A stretch of 64,000 nucleotides of DNA from Eledone cirrhosa (taxonomy: Eukaryota), in contig OZ024747.1 of assembly GCA_964016885.1 (NCBI GenBank), positions 42,904,001-42,968,000 on the forward strand, written 5' to 3'. Below are positions 39,301 to 54,044 of the stretch, piece by piece. The translations under genes and the position numbers were made by a program. The notes under the pieces are model-generated. The model saw only the letters and a list, made by a program, of their open reading frames with translations, searched no databases and was not told the DNA's origin. The first letter of the stretch is position 1; each line of letters begins with the position of its first letter.

Positions 39301-42300
39301 GGGAGTAGTTGTTCTAAATCTGGGATAGGGAGTACTGGTTCTAAATCTGGGATAGGGAATAGTAGTTCTAAATCTCGGATAGGGAATAGAGATTCTAAAT
39401 CTGGGATAGGGTGACTGGTTCTAAATCTGGGATAGGGTGACTGGTTCTAAATCTGGGATAGGGTGACTGGTTCTAAATCTGAGAGAAGGAGTAGTGGTTC
39501 TAAAGCTGGGATAGGGAGTAGTGGTTCTTAATCTGAGATAGGGAGTACTGGTTCTAAATCTGGGATAGGTAGCAGTGGTTCTAATCTGGGATAGGGAGTA
39601 GTGGTTCTAAATCTTGCATAGGGAGTAGTGGTTCTAAATCTGGGATAGGGAGTACTGATTCTAAATCTTGCATAGGGAGTAGTGGTTCTAAATCTGGGAT
39701 AGTGAGTAGTGATTCTAAATCTGGGTTAGAGAGTACTGGTTCTAAATCTGGGATAGGGAATAGTGTTTCTAAATCTGGGATAGGGAGTAGTGTTTCTAAA
39801 TCTGGGTTAGGGAATAGTGGTTCTAAACCTGGGAAAAGGAGTAGTGGTTCTAAATCTGGGATTGGGACTATCTGTTCTAAATCTGGGATAGGTTTACTGG
39901 TTCTAAATCTGGGATAGGGTGACTGGTTCTAAATCTGAGATAAGGAGTAGTGGTTCTAAAGCTGGGATAGGGAGTAGTGGTTCTAAATCTGGGATAGGGA
40001 GTACTGGTTCTAAATCTGGAATAGGGAATAGTAGTTCTAAATCTGGCATAGGGAATATCTGTTCTAAATCTGGGTTAGGGAGTAGTGGTTCTAAATCTGG
40101 AATAGGGAATAGTAGTTCTAAATCTGGGATAGGGAATATCTGTTCTAAATCTGGGATAGGGAGTAGTGGTTCTAAATCTGGGATAGGGAATAGTAGTTCT
40201 AAATCTGGGATAGGGAATAGAGATTCTAAATCTGGGATAGGGTGACTGGTTCTAAATCTGGGATAGGGTGACTGGTTCTAAATCTGAGAGAAGGAGTAGT
40301 GGTTCTAAAGCTGGGATAGGGAGTAATGGTTCTAAATCTGGGATAGGGAGTACTGGTTCTATATCTGGGATAGGGAATAGTAGTTCTAAATCTGGGATAG
40401 GGAATATCTGTTCTAAATCTGGGATAGGGAATAGTGGTTCTAAATCTGGGATAGGGAGTACTGGTTCTAAATCTGGTGTAGAGAGTAGAGATTCTAAATC
40501 TGGGATAGGGTGACTGGTTCTAAATCTGGGATAGGGTGACTGGTTCTAAATCTGGGATAGGGTGACTGGTTCTAAATCTGAGAGAAGGAGAAGTGGTTCT
40601 AAAGCTGGGATAGGGAGTAGTGGTTGTAAATCTGGGATAGGGAGTACTGGTTCTAAATCAGGGATATGGAATAGTGGTTCTAAATCTGAGATAGAGAATA
40701 GTGCTTCTAAATCTGGGATAGGTAGTACTGGTTCTAAATCTGGGATAGGGAGTAGTGGTTCTAAATCTGGGATAGGGAGTAGTGGTTCTAAATCTGGGAT
40801 AGTGAGTATTGGTTCTAAATCTGGGATAGTGAATACTGGTTATAAATCTGGGGTAGGGAGTACTTGTTCTAAATCTGGGATAGAGAATAGTGGTTCTAAA
40901 TCTGCGATAAGTAGCAGTGGTTCTAAATCTGGGATATGGAATAGTAGTTCTAAATCTGGGATAGGGAATATCTGTTCTAAATCTAGGATAGGGAGTAGTG
41001 GTTCTAAATCTGGGATTGGAAATAGTAGTTCTAAATCTGGGATAGGGAGTAGTGGTTCTAAATCTGGGATAATGAATAGTGGTTCTAAATCTAGGATAGG
41101 GAGTAGTGGTTCTAAATCTGGGATAGAAAATAGTGCTTCTAAATCTGGGATAGGTAGTAGTGGTTCTAAATCTGGGATAGGTAGTAGTGGTTCTAAATCT
41201 GGGATTGGGAATAGTGGTTCTAAATCTGGGATAGGAAGAACTTGTTCTAAATCTGTGGTAGGGAGTACTAGTTCTAATACTGGGATAGAGAGTAGTGGTT
41301 CCAAATCTGGGATAGGGAGTACTGGTTCTAAATCTGGGATAGGGAGTAGTGATTCTATATCTGGGATAAAGAGTAGTGGTTCTAAATCTGGGATAGGGTG
41401 ACCGGTTCTAAATCTGTGATAGGGAGTAGTGGTTCTAAATCTGGGATAGGGAGTAGTGGTTCTAAATCTGGGATAGTGAGTATTGGTTCTAAATCTGGGG
41501 TAGTGAATACTGGTTATAGATCTGGGGTAGGGAGTACTGGTTCTAAATCTGGGATAGAGAGTAGTGGTTCTAATTCTGCGATAGGTAGCAGTGGTTCTAC
41601 ATCAGGGATAGGGTATAGTGGTTCTAAATCTGGGATTGGAAATAGTAGTTCTAAATCTGGGATAGGGAGTAGTAGTTCTAAATCTGGGATAATGAATAGT
41701 GGTACTAAATCTGGGATAGAGAATAGTGCTTCTAAATCTGGGATAGGTAGTAGTGGTTCTAAATCTGGGATAGGTAGTAGTGGTTCTAAATCTGGGATAG
41801 GCAAAACTGGTTCTAAATCTGTGGTAGGGAGTACTGGTTCTAATTCTGGGATAGAGAGTAGTGGTTCTAAATCTGGGATAGGGAGTACTGGTTCTAAATC
41901 TGGGATAGGGTATACTGGTTCTAAATCTGGGACAGGGAATAGTAGTTCTAAATCTGAGATAGGGAATATCTGTTTTAAATCTGGGATAGGGAGTAGTGGT
42001 TCTAAATCTGGGATAGGGAATAGTAGTTCTCAATCTGGGATAGGGAGTAGTAGTTCTAAATCTGGGAGAGGGAGTAGTAGTTCGAAATCTGGGATAGAGA
42101 ATAGTGCTTCTAAATTTGGGATATGGAGTAGTGGTTCTAAATCTGGGATAGGGAGTAGTTGTTCTAAATCTGGGATAGTGAGTATTGGTTCTAAATCTGG
42201 GGTAGTGAATACTGGTTATAAATCTGGGGTAGAGAGTACTGGTTCTAAATCTGGGATAGAGAGTAGTGTTTCTAAATCTGGGATAGGTAGTAGTGGTTCT

Positions 42301-45300
42301 AAATCAGGGATAGGGAGTACTGGTTTTAAACAGGGATAGGGAGTACTGGTTCTAAATCTGGGATAGGGAGTAGTGTTTCTAAATCTGGGATACGGAGTAG
42401 TGGTTCTAAATCTGGGATAGGGAGTAGTGGTTCTAAATCTGGGATAGGGAGTAGTGGTTCTAAATATAGGATAGGGAGTAGTGGTTCTAAATCTGGGATA
42501 CGGAGTACTGGTTCTAAATCTTGGATGGGGAGTAGTGGTTCTAAATCTGGGATAGGGAGTAGTGTTTCTAAATCTGGGACAGGGAGTAATGGTTTTAAAT
42601 CTGGGATACGGAGTAGTGGTTCTAAATCTGAGATAGAGAATAGTGCTTCTAAATCTGGGATAGGTAGTACTGGTTCTAAATCTGGGATAGGGAGTAGTGG
42701 TTCTAAATCTGGGATAGGGAGTAGTGTTTCTAAATCTGGGATAGTGAGTATTGGTTCTAAATCTGGGGTAGTGAATACTGGTTATAAATCTGGGATAGGG
42801 AATATCTGTTCTAAATCTGCGATAAGTAGCAGTGGTTCTAAATCTGGGATATGGAATAGTAGTTCTAAATCTGGGATAGGGAATATCTGTTCTAAATCTG
42901 GGATAGGGAGTAGTGGTTCTAAATCTGGGATTGGAAATAGTAGTTCTAAATCTGGGATAGGGAGTGGTGCTTCTAAATCTGGGATAGGGAGTAGTGGTTC
43001 AGAATCTGGGATAGGGAGTAGGGGTTCTAAATCTAGGATAGGGAGTAGTGGTTCTAAATCTGGGATACGGAGTACTGGTTCTAAATCTGGGATAGGGAGT
43101 AGTGTTTCTATATCTGGGATACGGAGTAGTGGTTCTAAATCTGGGATAGGGAGTAGTGGTTCTAAATCTGGGATAGGGAGTAGTGCTTCTAAATCTGGGA
43201 TAGGGAGTAGTGGTTCTATATCTGGGATAGGTAGTAGTGGTTCTAAATCTGGGATAGGGAGTATCGGTGCTAAATCTGGGATAGGGAGTATCGGTTCTAA
43301 ATCTGGGATAGGGAGTACTGGTTCTAAATCTGGGGTAGTGAGTACTGGTTCTAAATCTGTGGTAGGGAGTACTGGTTCTAATTCTGGGATAGAGGCTAGT
43401 GGTTCTAAATCTGGGATAGCGAGTACTGGTTATAAATCTGGGATAGGGAGTACTGGTTCTAAATCTGGGATAGGTAGTAGTGGTTCTGAATCTGGGATAC
43501 GGAATAATAGTTCTAAATCTGGGATAGGGAATATCTGTTCTAAATCTGGGATAGGGAGTAGTGGTTATAAATCTGGGATAGGGAATAGTAGTTCTAAATC
43601 TGGGATAGGGAGTAGTGGTTCTAAATCTAGGATAGGGAATAATAGTTCTAAATCTGGGATAGGGAATATCTGTTCTAAATCTGGGATAGGGAGTAGTGGT
43701 TATAAATCTGGGATCGGGAATAGTAGTTCTAAATCTGGGATAGGGAATAGTGGTACTAAATCTGGGATAGAGAATAGTATTCTAAATCTGGGATAGGTAG
43801 TAGTGGTTCTAAATGTGGGATAGGGAATAGTAGTTCTAAATCTGGGGTAGGGAGTACTGGTTCTAAATCTGGGATAGGTAGTAGTGTTTCTAAATCTTTG
43901 AAAGGGAGTAGTGGTTCTAAATCAGGGATAGGGAGCAGTGGTTCTAAATCAGTGATAGGTAGTAGTGGTTCTAACTCTGGGATAGGGAGTAGTGCTTCTA
44001 AATCTGGCATAGGGAGTAGTGGTTCTAAATCTGGGATAGGGAATAGTGGTTCTAAATCTGGGATAGGGAGTAGTGGTTCTAAATCTGGGATAGGGAGTAC
44101 TAGTTTTAAATCTGGGATAGGGAGTAGTGGTTCTAAATCTGGGATAGGGAGTACTGGTTCTAAATCTGGGATAGGTAGTAATGGTTCTAAATCTGGGATA
44201 GTGAATACTGGTTATAAATCTGGGGTAGGGAGTACTGGTTCTAAATCTGGGATAGAGAATAGTGGTTCTAAATCTGCGATAAGTAGCAGTGGTTCTAAAT
44301 CTGGGATATGGAATAGTAGTTCTAAATCTGGGATAGGGAGTAGTGGTTCTAAATCTGGGATTGGAAATAGTAGTTCTAAATCTGGGATAGGGAGTAGTGG
44401 TTCTAAATCTGGGATAATGAATTGTGGTTCTAAATCTGGGATAGAAAATAGTGCTTCTAAATCTGGGATAGGTAGTAGTGGTTCTAAATCTGGGATAGGT
44501 AGTATTGGTTCTAAATCTGGGATAGGAAGAACTGGTTCTAAATCTATGGTAGTGAGTACTAGTTCTAATTCTGGGATAGAGAGTAGTGGTTCTAAATCTG
44601 GGATTGGGAGTACTGGTTCTAAATCTGGGATAGGGAGTACTGGTTCTAAATCTGGGATAAAGAGTAGTGGTTCTAAATCTGGGGTAGTGAATACTGGTTA
44701 TAGATCTGGGGTAGGGAGTACTGGTTCTAAATCTGGGATAGAGAGTAGTGGTTCTAATTCTGCGGTAGGTAGCAGTGGTTCTAAATCAGGGATAGGGAGT
44801 ACAGGTACTAAATCAGGGATAGGGAATAGTGGTTCTAAATCTGGGATAGGGAATAATGGTTCTAAATCTGGGATAGGTAGTAGTGGTTCTAAATCTGGGA
44901 TTGGGAATAGTGGTTCTAAATCTGGGATAGGGAGAGCTGGTTCTAAATCTGTGGTAGGGAGTAGTGGTGCTAATTCTGGGATAGAGAGTAGTGGTTCTAA
45001 ATCTGGTATAGGGAGTACTGGTTCTAAATCTGGGATAGGATATACTGGTTCTAAATCTGGGATAGGGAGTAGTTGTTCTAAATCTGGGGTAGGGTGTACG
45101 GATTCTAAATCTGGGATAGGGAGTACTGGTTCTAAATCCGGAATAGGGAGTAGTAGTTCTAAATCTGGGATAGGGTGACTGGTTCTAAATCTGGGATAGG
45201 GAATACTGGTTATAAATCTGGGATAGGGAATAGTAGTTCAAAATATGGGATAGGGAATATCTGTTCTAAATTTGGGATAGGGAGTAGTGGTTCTAAATCT

Positions 45301-47559
45301 GGGATAGGGAATAGTGGTTCTAAATCTGGGATAGGGAATAGTAGTTCTAAATCTGGGAGAGGGAGTAGTAGTTCTAAATCTGGGATAGAGAATAGTGCTT
45401 CTAAATCTGGGATATGGAGCAGTGGTTCTAAATCTGGGATAGGGAGTAGTTGTTCTAAATCTGGGATAGTGAGTATTGGTTATAAATCTGGGGTAGTGAA
45501 TACAGGATCTAAATCTGGGGTAGAGAGTACTGGTTCTAAATCTGGGATAGAGAGTAGTGGTTCTAAATCTGGGATAGGTAGTAGTGGTTCTAAATCAGGG
45601 ATAGGGAGTACTGTTTCTAAATCAGGGATAGGGAGTAGTGTTTCTAAATCTGGGATACGGAGTAGTGGTTCTAAATCTGGGATAGGGAGTAGTAGTTCTA
45701 AATCTGGGATAGGGAGTAGTGCTTCTAAATCTGGGATAGGGAGTAGTGGTTCTAAATCTAGGATAGGGAGTAGTGGTTCTAAATCTGGGATACGGAGTAC
45801 TGGTTCTAAATCTGGGATGGGGAGTAGTGGTTCTAAATCTGGGATAGGGAGTAGTGTTTCTAAATCTGGGATAGGGAGTAGTGGTTCTAAATCTGGGATA
45901 CGGAGTAGTGGTTCTAAATCTGGGATAGGGAGTACTGGTTCTAAATCTGGGATAGGGATTAGTGTTTCTAAATCTGGGATACGGAGTAGTGGTTCTAAAT
46001 CTGGGATAGGGAGTAGTGGTTCTAAATCTGGGATAGGGAGTAGTGCTTCTAAATCTGGGATAGGGAGTAGTAGTTCTAAATCTAGGATAGGGAGTAGTGG
46101 TTCTAAATCTGGGATACGGAGTACTGGTTCTAAATCTGGGATGGGGAGCAGTGGTTCTAAATCTGGGATAGGGAGTAGTGTTTCTAAATCTGGGATAGGG
46201 AGTAGTGTTTCTAAATCTGGGATACGGAGTAGTGGTTCTAAATCTGGGATAGGGAGTAGTGGTTCTAAATCTGGGATAGGCACTAGTGCTTCTAAATCTG
46301 GGATAGGGAGTAGTGGTTCTATATCTGGGATAGGTAGTAGTGGTTCTAAATCTGGGATAGGGGTAGTGGATCTAAATCTGGGATAGGGAGTATTGGTCCT
46401 AAATCACGGATAGGGAGTAATGGTTCTAAATCTGGGATAGGGAGTACTGGTTCTAATTCTGGGATAGAGGCTAGTGGTTCTAAATCTGGGATAGCGATTA
46501 CTGGTTCTAAATCTGGGATAGGTAGTAGTGGTTCTAAATCTGGCATAGGGAGTAGTGGTTCTTAATCTGGGATAGGGAATAGTCGTTCTAAATCTGGGAT
46601 AGGGAGTAGTGGTTCTATATCTGGGATAGGGAGTAGTGGTTCTAAATCTGGGATAGTGAATAATAGTTCTAAATCAGGGATAGGGAATATCTGTTCTAAA
46701 TCAGGGATAGGGAGTAGTGCTTATAAATCTGGGATAGGGTATAGTAGTTCTAAATCTGGGATAGGGAATAGTGGTACTAAATCTGGGATAGGGAATAGTA
46801 GTTCTCAATCTGGGATTGGAGTAGTGGTTCTAAATCTGGGATAGGGATAAATGGTTCTAAATGTGGGATAGGGAATAGTAGTTCTAAATCTGGGAGAGGG
46901 AGTAGTAGTTCTAAATCTGGGATAGAGAATAGTATTCTAAATCTGGGATAGGTAGTAGTGGTTCTAAATCTGGGGTAGGGAGTACTGGTTCTAAATCTGG
47001 GATAAGGAGTAGTGGTTCTAAATCTGGGATAGGTAGAAGTGGTTCAAAATCAGGGATAGGGAGTACTGGTTCAAAATGAGGGATAGGGAATAGTGATTCT
47101 AAATCTGGGATAGGGAGCAGTGGTTCTAAATCTGTGATAGGTAGTAGTGGTTCTAAATCTGGGATAGGGAGTAGTGTTTCTAAATCTGGGATAGGGAGAA
47201 GTGGTTCTAAATCTGGGATAGGGAGTAGTGGTTCTAAATCTAAGATAGGGAATACTAGTTCTAAATCTAGGATAGGGAGTAGTTGTTCTAAATATGAGAT
47301 AGGGAGTAGTGGTTCTAAATCAGGGATAGGTAGTAGTGGTTCTATATCTGGGATAGGGAGTACTGGTTCTAAATCTGGGATTGGGAGTAGTGGTTCTAAA
47401 TCTAAGATAGGGAATACTAGTTCTAAATCTAGGATAGGTAGTAGTGGTTCTAAATCTGAGACAGGGAATAGTGGTTCTAAATCAGGGGTAAGGAGTAGTG
47501 GTTCTAAATCTGGGATAGGGAATAGTGGTTCTAAATCTGGGATAGGGAGTACTGGTTCT

Positions 47560-48270
47560 AAATCTGGGATAGAGAGTAGTGCTTCTAAATCTTGGATAGG
47601 GAGTAGTGATTCTAAATCTGGCATAGAGAGTAGTGATTCTAAATCTGGGATAGGTAATAGTGGTTCTAAATCTGGGAGAGGGAGTACTGGTTCTAAATCT
47701 GGGATAGGTAGTAGTGGTTCTAAATCTGGGATAGGGAGTAGTGGTTCTAAATCTGGGATTGGGAGTAGTGGTGCTAAATCTAGAATAAGGAGTCGTGGTT
47801 CCAAATCTGGGATAGGGAATAGTGGTTCTAAATCTCGGATAGGGAATAGTGGTTCTAAATCTGGGATAGAGAGTACTGGTTCTAAATGTGGGATAGAGAG
47901 TAGTGCTTCTAAATCTTGGATAGGGAGTAGTGATTCTAAATCTGGCATAGAGAGTAGTGATTCTAAATCTGGGATAGGTAATAGTGGTTCTAAATCTGGG
48001 AGAGGGAGTACTGGTTCTAAATCTGGGATAGGTAGTAGTGGTTCTAAATCTGGGATAGGGAGTAGTGGTTCTAAATCTGGGATTGGGAGTAGTGGTGCTA
48101 AATCTAGAATAAGGAGTCGTGGTTCCAAATCTGGGATAGGGAATAGTGGTTCTAAATCTCGGATAGGGAATAGTGGTTCTAAATCTGGGATAGAGAGTAC
48201 TGGTTCTAAATCTGGGATAGAGAGTAGTGCTTCTAAATCTTGGATAGGGAGTAGTGATTCGAAATCTGGG
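47560..48270 (+). repeat. 324-bp (12-monomer) tandem duplication within the array
   Basis: GCTTCTAAATCTTGGATAGG at 47581, 47905 and 48229. Confidence 0.88.
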
Positions 48271-51200
48271 ATAGGTAATAGTGGTTCTAAATCTGAGATA
48301 GGGAATAGTGGTTCTAAATCTGTGATAGGGAGTAGTGATTCAAAAGCTGGGATAGGGAGTAGTTGTTCTAAATCTGGGATAGGCAATAGTGGTTCTAAAT
48401 CAGGGATAGGTGGTAGTGGTTCTATATCTGGGATAGGGAGTACTGGTTCTAAATCTGGTATAGGTAGTAGTGGTTCTAAATATGAGATACGGAATAGTGG
48501 TTCTAAATCAAGGATAGGGAGTAGTGGTTCTAAATCTGGGATAGGGAATAGTGGTTCTAAATCTGTGATACGGAGTACTGGTTCTAAATCTGGGATAAGT
48601 AGTAGTGGTTCTAAATCTGGGATAGGTAGTACTTGTTCTAAATCTGGGATAGGGAGTAGTGGTTCTAAATCTGGGATAGAGAGTAGTGGTTCTAAATCTC
48701 GGATAGGGTGTACTGGTTCTAAATATGGGGTAGTGAGTACTCGTTCTAAATCTGGGATAGGGAGTAGTGGTTCTAAATCTGGGACAGGGAGTAGTGGTTC
48801 TAAATCTGGGATAGGTAGTAGTGGTTCTAAATCTGGGATAGGGAATAGTGGTTCTAAATCTGGGATAGGGAGTAGTGGTTCTAAATCTGAGATAGTGAGT
48901 ACTGGTTCTAAATCTGTGATAGGGAGTAGTGGATCTAAATCTGGGATAGGGAGTAGAGGTTCTAATTCTGGTGTATGGAGTACTGGTTCTAAATCTGGGA
49001 TAGGGAATAGTGGTTCTAAATCTGTGATAGGGAGTACTGTTTCTAAATCTGGGATAGAGAATAGGGGTTCTAAATCTGGGATAGGGTGACTGGTTCTAAA
49101 TCTGGGATAGGGTGACTGGTTCTAAATCTGGGATAGGGTGACTGGTTCTAAATCTGGGATAGGGAGTTGTGGTTCTAAATCTGGTAAAGGGAGTAGTGTT
49201 TCTAAATCTGGGATAGGGTGTAGTGGTTCTAAATCTGGGATAGGGAGTAGTGGTTCTAAATCTGGGATAGGGAGTACTAGTTCTAAATCTGGGATAGGGA
49301 GTAGTGGTTCCAAATCTGGGATAGGGAGTATTGGTTCTAAATCTGAGATAGGGCGTAGTGGTTCTATATCTGGGATAGGTAGTAGTGGTTCTAAATCTGG
49401 GATAGGGAGTAGTGGTTCTAAATCTGGGATAGGGAGTATTAGTTCTAAATCTGGGATAGGGAGTATTGGTTCTAAATCTGGGATAGGGAGTACTGGTTCA
49501 AAATCTGGGGTAGTGAGTACTGGTTGTAAATCTGGGATAGAGAGTAGTGGTTCTAATTCTGGGATGGGGAATAGTGGTTCTAAATCTGGGATAGGTAGTA
49601 GTGGTTCTAAATCTGAGATAGAGAGTACTCGTTCTAAATCTGGGATAGGGAATAGTGGTTCTAAATCTGAGATAGAGAGTACTCGTTCTAAATCTGGGAT
49701 AGGGAATAGTGGTTCTAAATCTGGGATAGAGAGTAATGGTTCTAAATATGGTGTAGTGAGTACTGGTTTCAAATCTGGGGTAGGAAGTACCGGTTCTAAA
49801 TCTGGGAGAGGGAGTAGTGATTCTAAATTTGGCATAGAGAGTATTGATTCTAAATCTGAGATAGGGAGTAGTGGTTCTAAATCTGTTATAGGGAATAGTG
49901 GTTCTAAATCAGGGATAGGTAGTAGTGGTTCTATATCTGGGATAGGGAGTACTGGTTCTAAATCTGGTATAGGTAGTAGTGGTTCTAAATCTGAGATAGG
50001 GAATAGTGGTTTAAATCAGGGATAGGGTGTAGTGGTTCTAAATCTGGGATAGGGAGTACTGGTTCAAAATCTGGGATAGGGAGTAGTGGTCCTAAATTTG
50101 GGATAGGGAGTAGTGGATCTAAATCTGGGAGAGGGAGTAGTGGTTCTAATTCTGGGGTAGGGAGTACTGGTTCTAAATCTGGGATAGGGAGTAGTGGTTT
50201 TAAATCTGGGATAGGGTGTACTGGTTCTAAATATGGGGTAGTGACTTCTGGTTCTAAATCTGTGATAGTGAGTACAGGTTCTAAATCTGGGATAGGGAGT
50301 AGTGGTTCTAAATCTGGGACAGGGAGTAGTGGTTCTAAATCTGGGATAGGGAGTAGTGGTTCTAAATCTGGGATAGGGAGTAGTGGTTCTAAATCTGGGA
50401 TAGTGAGTATTGGTTCTAAATCTGTGATAGACAATAGTGGTTCTAAATCTGGATTAGTGCATAGTGGTTCTAAATCTGGGATAGGGAGTAGTGGTTCTAA
50501 ATTTGGGACAGGGAGTAGTGGTTCTAAATCTGGGGTAGTCAGTACTGGTTCTAAATCTGGGATAGGGAGTACTGGTTCTAAATCTGGGATAGAGAGTAGT
50601 GGTTCCAAATCTGGGATAGTGTGACTGGTTTTAAATCTGGGATAGGGAGTATTGGTTCTAAATCTGGGATAGGGAGTAGTGGTTCTAAATCTGGGACAGG
50701 GAGTAGTGGTTCTAAATCTGGGATAGGGAATAGTGGTTCTAAATCTGGGATAGGGAGTAGTGGATCTAAATCTGAGATAGAGAGTACTGGTTCTAAATCT
50801 GTGATAGGGAGTAGTGGATCTAAATCTTCAATAGGGAGTAGTGGTTCTAATTCTGGAGTAGGGAGTACTGGTTCTAAATCTGGGATAGGGAGTAGTGGTT
50901 CTAAATCTGGGATAGAGAATATTGGTTCTAAATTTCGTATAGGGTGACTGGTTCTAAATCTGGGATAGGGAGTAGTGGTTCTAAATCTGGGATAGAGAAT
51001 AGTGGTTCAAAATATGGGATAGGGAGTAGTGGTTCTAAATCTGGGTGAGGGAATATTGGTTCTAAATCTGGGATAGGGAATAGTGGTTCTGAATCGGGGA
51101 TAGGGAGTAGTGATTCTAATCTGGGATAGGGAGTAGTGGTTCTAAATCTGGGATAGGGAATAGTGGTTCTGAATCGGGGATAGGGAGTAGTGGTTCTAAA

Positions 51201-54044
51201 TTTGGGATAGGGAGTAGTGGTTCTAAATCCGGGATAGTGAGTAATGATTCTAAATCTGGGACAGAGAGTAGAGATTCTAAATCTGGGATAGGGAATAGTG
51301 GTTCTAAATCTCTGATAGGGAATATCTGTTCTAAATCTGGGATAGGGTGTAGTGGTTCTAAATCTGGGATAGGGAGTAGTGATTCTAAGTCTGGGATAGA
51401 GAGTAGTGCTTCTAAATCTGGGATAGGGAATAGTGGTTCTAAATCTGAGATAGGGTGTAGTAGCACTACTCCATATCCGATTCTAAATCTGGGATAGAGA
51501 ATAGTGGTTCTAAATCTGGGATAGGGAGTAGTGCTTCTAAATCTGGGATAGGGAATAGTTGTTCTATATCTGGGATAGGGAGTAGTGGTTCTAAATCTGT
51601 GATATGGAGTAGTGGTTCTAAGTCTGGGATAGGGAGTAGTGGTTCTATATCTGGGATAGGGAGTAGTGGTTCTATATCTGGGATAGGGTGTAGTGGTTCT
51701 ATATCTGGAATAGAGAGTAGTGGTTCTATATCTGGGATAGGGAGTAGTGGTTCTATATCTGGGATAGGGAGTACTGGTTCTAAATCTGGGATATGTAGTA
51801 GTTGTTCTAAATCTGAGATAGAGAATAGTGGTTCTAAATCTGGGATAGGGAGTAGTGGTTCTAAATCTTTGATAGGGAGTAGTGGTTCTAAATCTGGGAT
51901 AGTGAATAGTGGTTCTAAATCTGAGATAGGGAGTAGTGATTCTAAATCTGGGATAGAGAGTAGTGGTTCTAAATCTGAGATAGGGAGTAGTGGTTCCAAA
52001 TCTCTGATAGGGAGTCCTCGTTCTAAATCTGTAATAGGGAATAGTGGTTCTAAATCTTGGATAGGGAATAGTGGTTCTAAAGCTGGGATAGCGAGTAGTG
52101 GTTCTAAATCTGGGATAGGGAATAGTTGTTCTAAATCTGGGATAGGGAGTAGTGGTTCTAAATCTGAGATAGGGAGTCCTGGATCTAAATCTGTGATAGG
52201 GAATAGTGGTTCTAAATCTGGGATAGGGAGTAGTGCTTCTAAATCTGGGATAGGGAATAGTGGTCCTAAAGCTGGGCTAGGTAGTAGTGGTTCTAAACCT
52301 GGGCTAGGTAGCAGTGGTTCTAAATCTTGGATAGGGAGTAGTGGTTCTAAATCTGGGATAGGGAATAGTGGTTCTAAATCTGGGATAGGGAATAGTGGTT
52401 CTAAATCTCGGATAGTTAGTAGTGGTCCTAAATCTGGGATAGCTACTAGTGGTTCTAAATGTGGGATAGAGAGTAGTGGTTCTAAATCTGGGATAGGCTG
52501 ACTGGTTCTAAATCTGGGATAGGGAGTACTGGTTCTAAATCTGGTGTGAGTACTGGTTCTAAATCTGGGGTAGGGAGTACTGGTTCTAAATCTGGGATAG
52601 GGTGTAGTGGTCTAAATCACAGATAGGTAGTAGTGTGTCTAAATCTCAGATAGGGAGTAGTGCTTCTAAATCTGGGATAGGGAATAGTGGTTCTAAATCT
52701 GGGATAGGGAATAGTGGTTCTAAATCTGCATTAGGGAGTAGTGGTCCTAAATCTGGGATAGAGAATAGTGGTTCTAAATCTGGGATCGGTAGTAGTGGTT
52801 CTAAATCTGGGATAGGTAGTAGTGGTTCTAAAGCTGGGATAGGTAGTAGTGGTTCTAAATCAGGGATAGGGAGTATTGGTTCTAAATCAGGGATAGGGAA
52901 TAGTGGTTCTAAATCTGGGATAGGTAGTAGTGGTTCTAAATCAGGGATAGGTAGTAGTGGTTCTAAACCTGGGATAGCTACTAGTGGTTCTAAATCTGGG
53001 ATAGAGAGTAGTGGTTCTAAATCTGGGATAGGGTGACTGGTTCTAATCTGGGATAGGGTGACTGGTTCTAAATCTGGTGTAGTGAGTACTGGTTCTAAAT
53101 CTGGGGTAGGGAGTACTGGTTCTAAATCTGAGATAGGGAATAGCGGTTCTAAATCAGGGATAGGGAGTAGTGGTTCTAAATCTGGGATAGGGAATAGTGG
53201 TTCTAAATCTGGGATAGGGAGTAGCGGTTCTAGATCTGGGATAGGGAGTAGTGGTTCTAAATCTGAGATAGGGAGTCCTGGATCTAAATCTGTGATAGGG
53301 AATAGTGGTTCTAAATCTGGGATAGGGTGTAGTGGTTCTAAATCTGGGATAGGGAGTACTGATTCTAAATCTGGGATAGAGAGTAGTGATTCTAAATCTG
53401 GTAAAGGGAATAGTGGTTCTAAATCGGGGATAGGTAGTAGTGGTTCTAAATCTGGGGTAGGGAGTAGTGGTTCTAAATGTGGGATAGGTAGTTTTGGTTC
53501 TAAATCTGGGATAGGGTGACTGGTTCTAAATCTGGGATAGGGTGACTGGTTCTAAATCTGGGATAGAGAGTACTGGTTTAAATCTGGAATAGGTAGTAGT
53601 GTTTCTAAATCTGGGATAGGGAGTAGTGCTTCTAAATCTGGGATAGGGAATAGTGGTTCTAAAGCTGGGATAGGTAGTAGTGGCTCTATATCTGGGATAG
53701 GGAGTACTGGTTCTAAATCTGGTATAGGTAGTAGTGGTTCTAAATCTGAGATAGGGAATAGGGGTTCTAAATCAGGGATAGGGAATAGTGGTTCTAATGC
53801 TGGGTTAGGTAGTAGTGTGTCTAAATCTCAGATAGGGAGTAGTGCTTCTAAATCTGGGATAGGGAATAGTGGTTCTAAATCTGGTAAAGAGAATAGTGGT
53901 TCTAAATCTGGGATAGGGTGACTGGTTCTAAATCTGGGATAGGGTGACTGGTTCTAAATCTGGGATAGAGAGTAGTGGTTCTAAATCTGGGATAGGGAGT
54001 ACTGGTTTAAATCTGGGATAGGTGGTATGGGTTCTAAATCTGGG

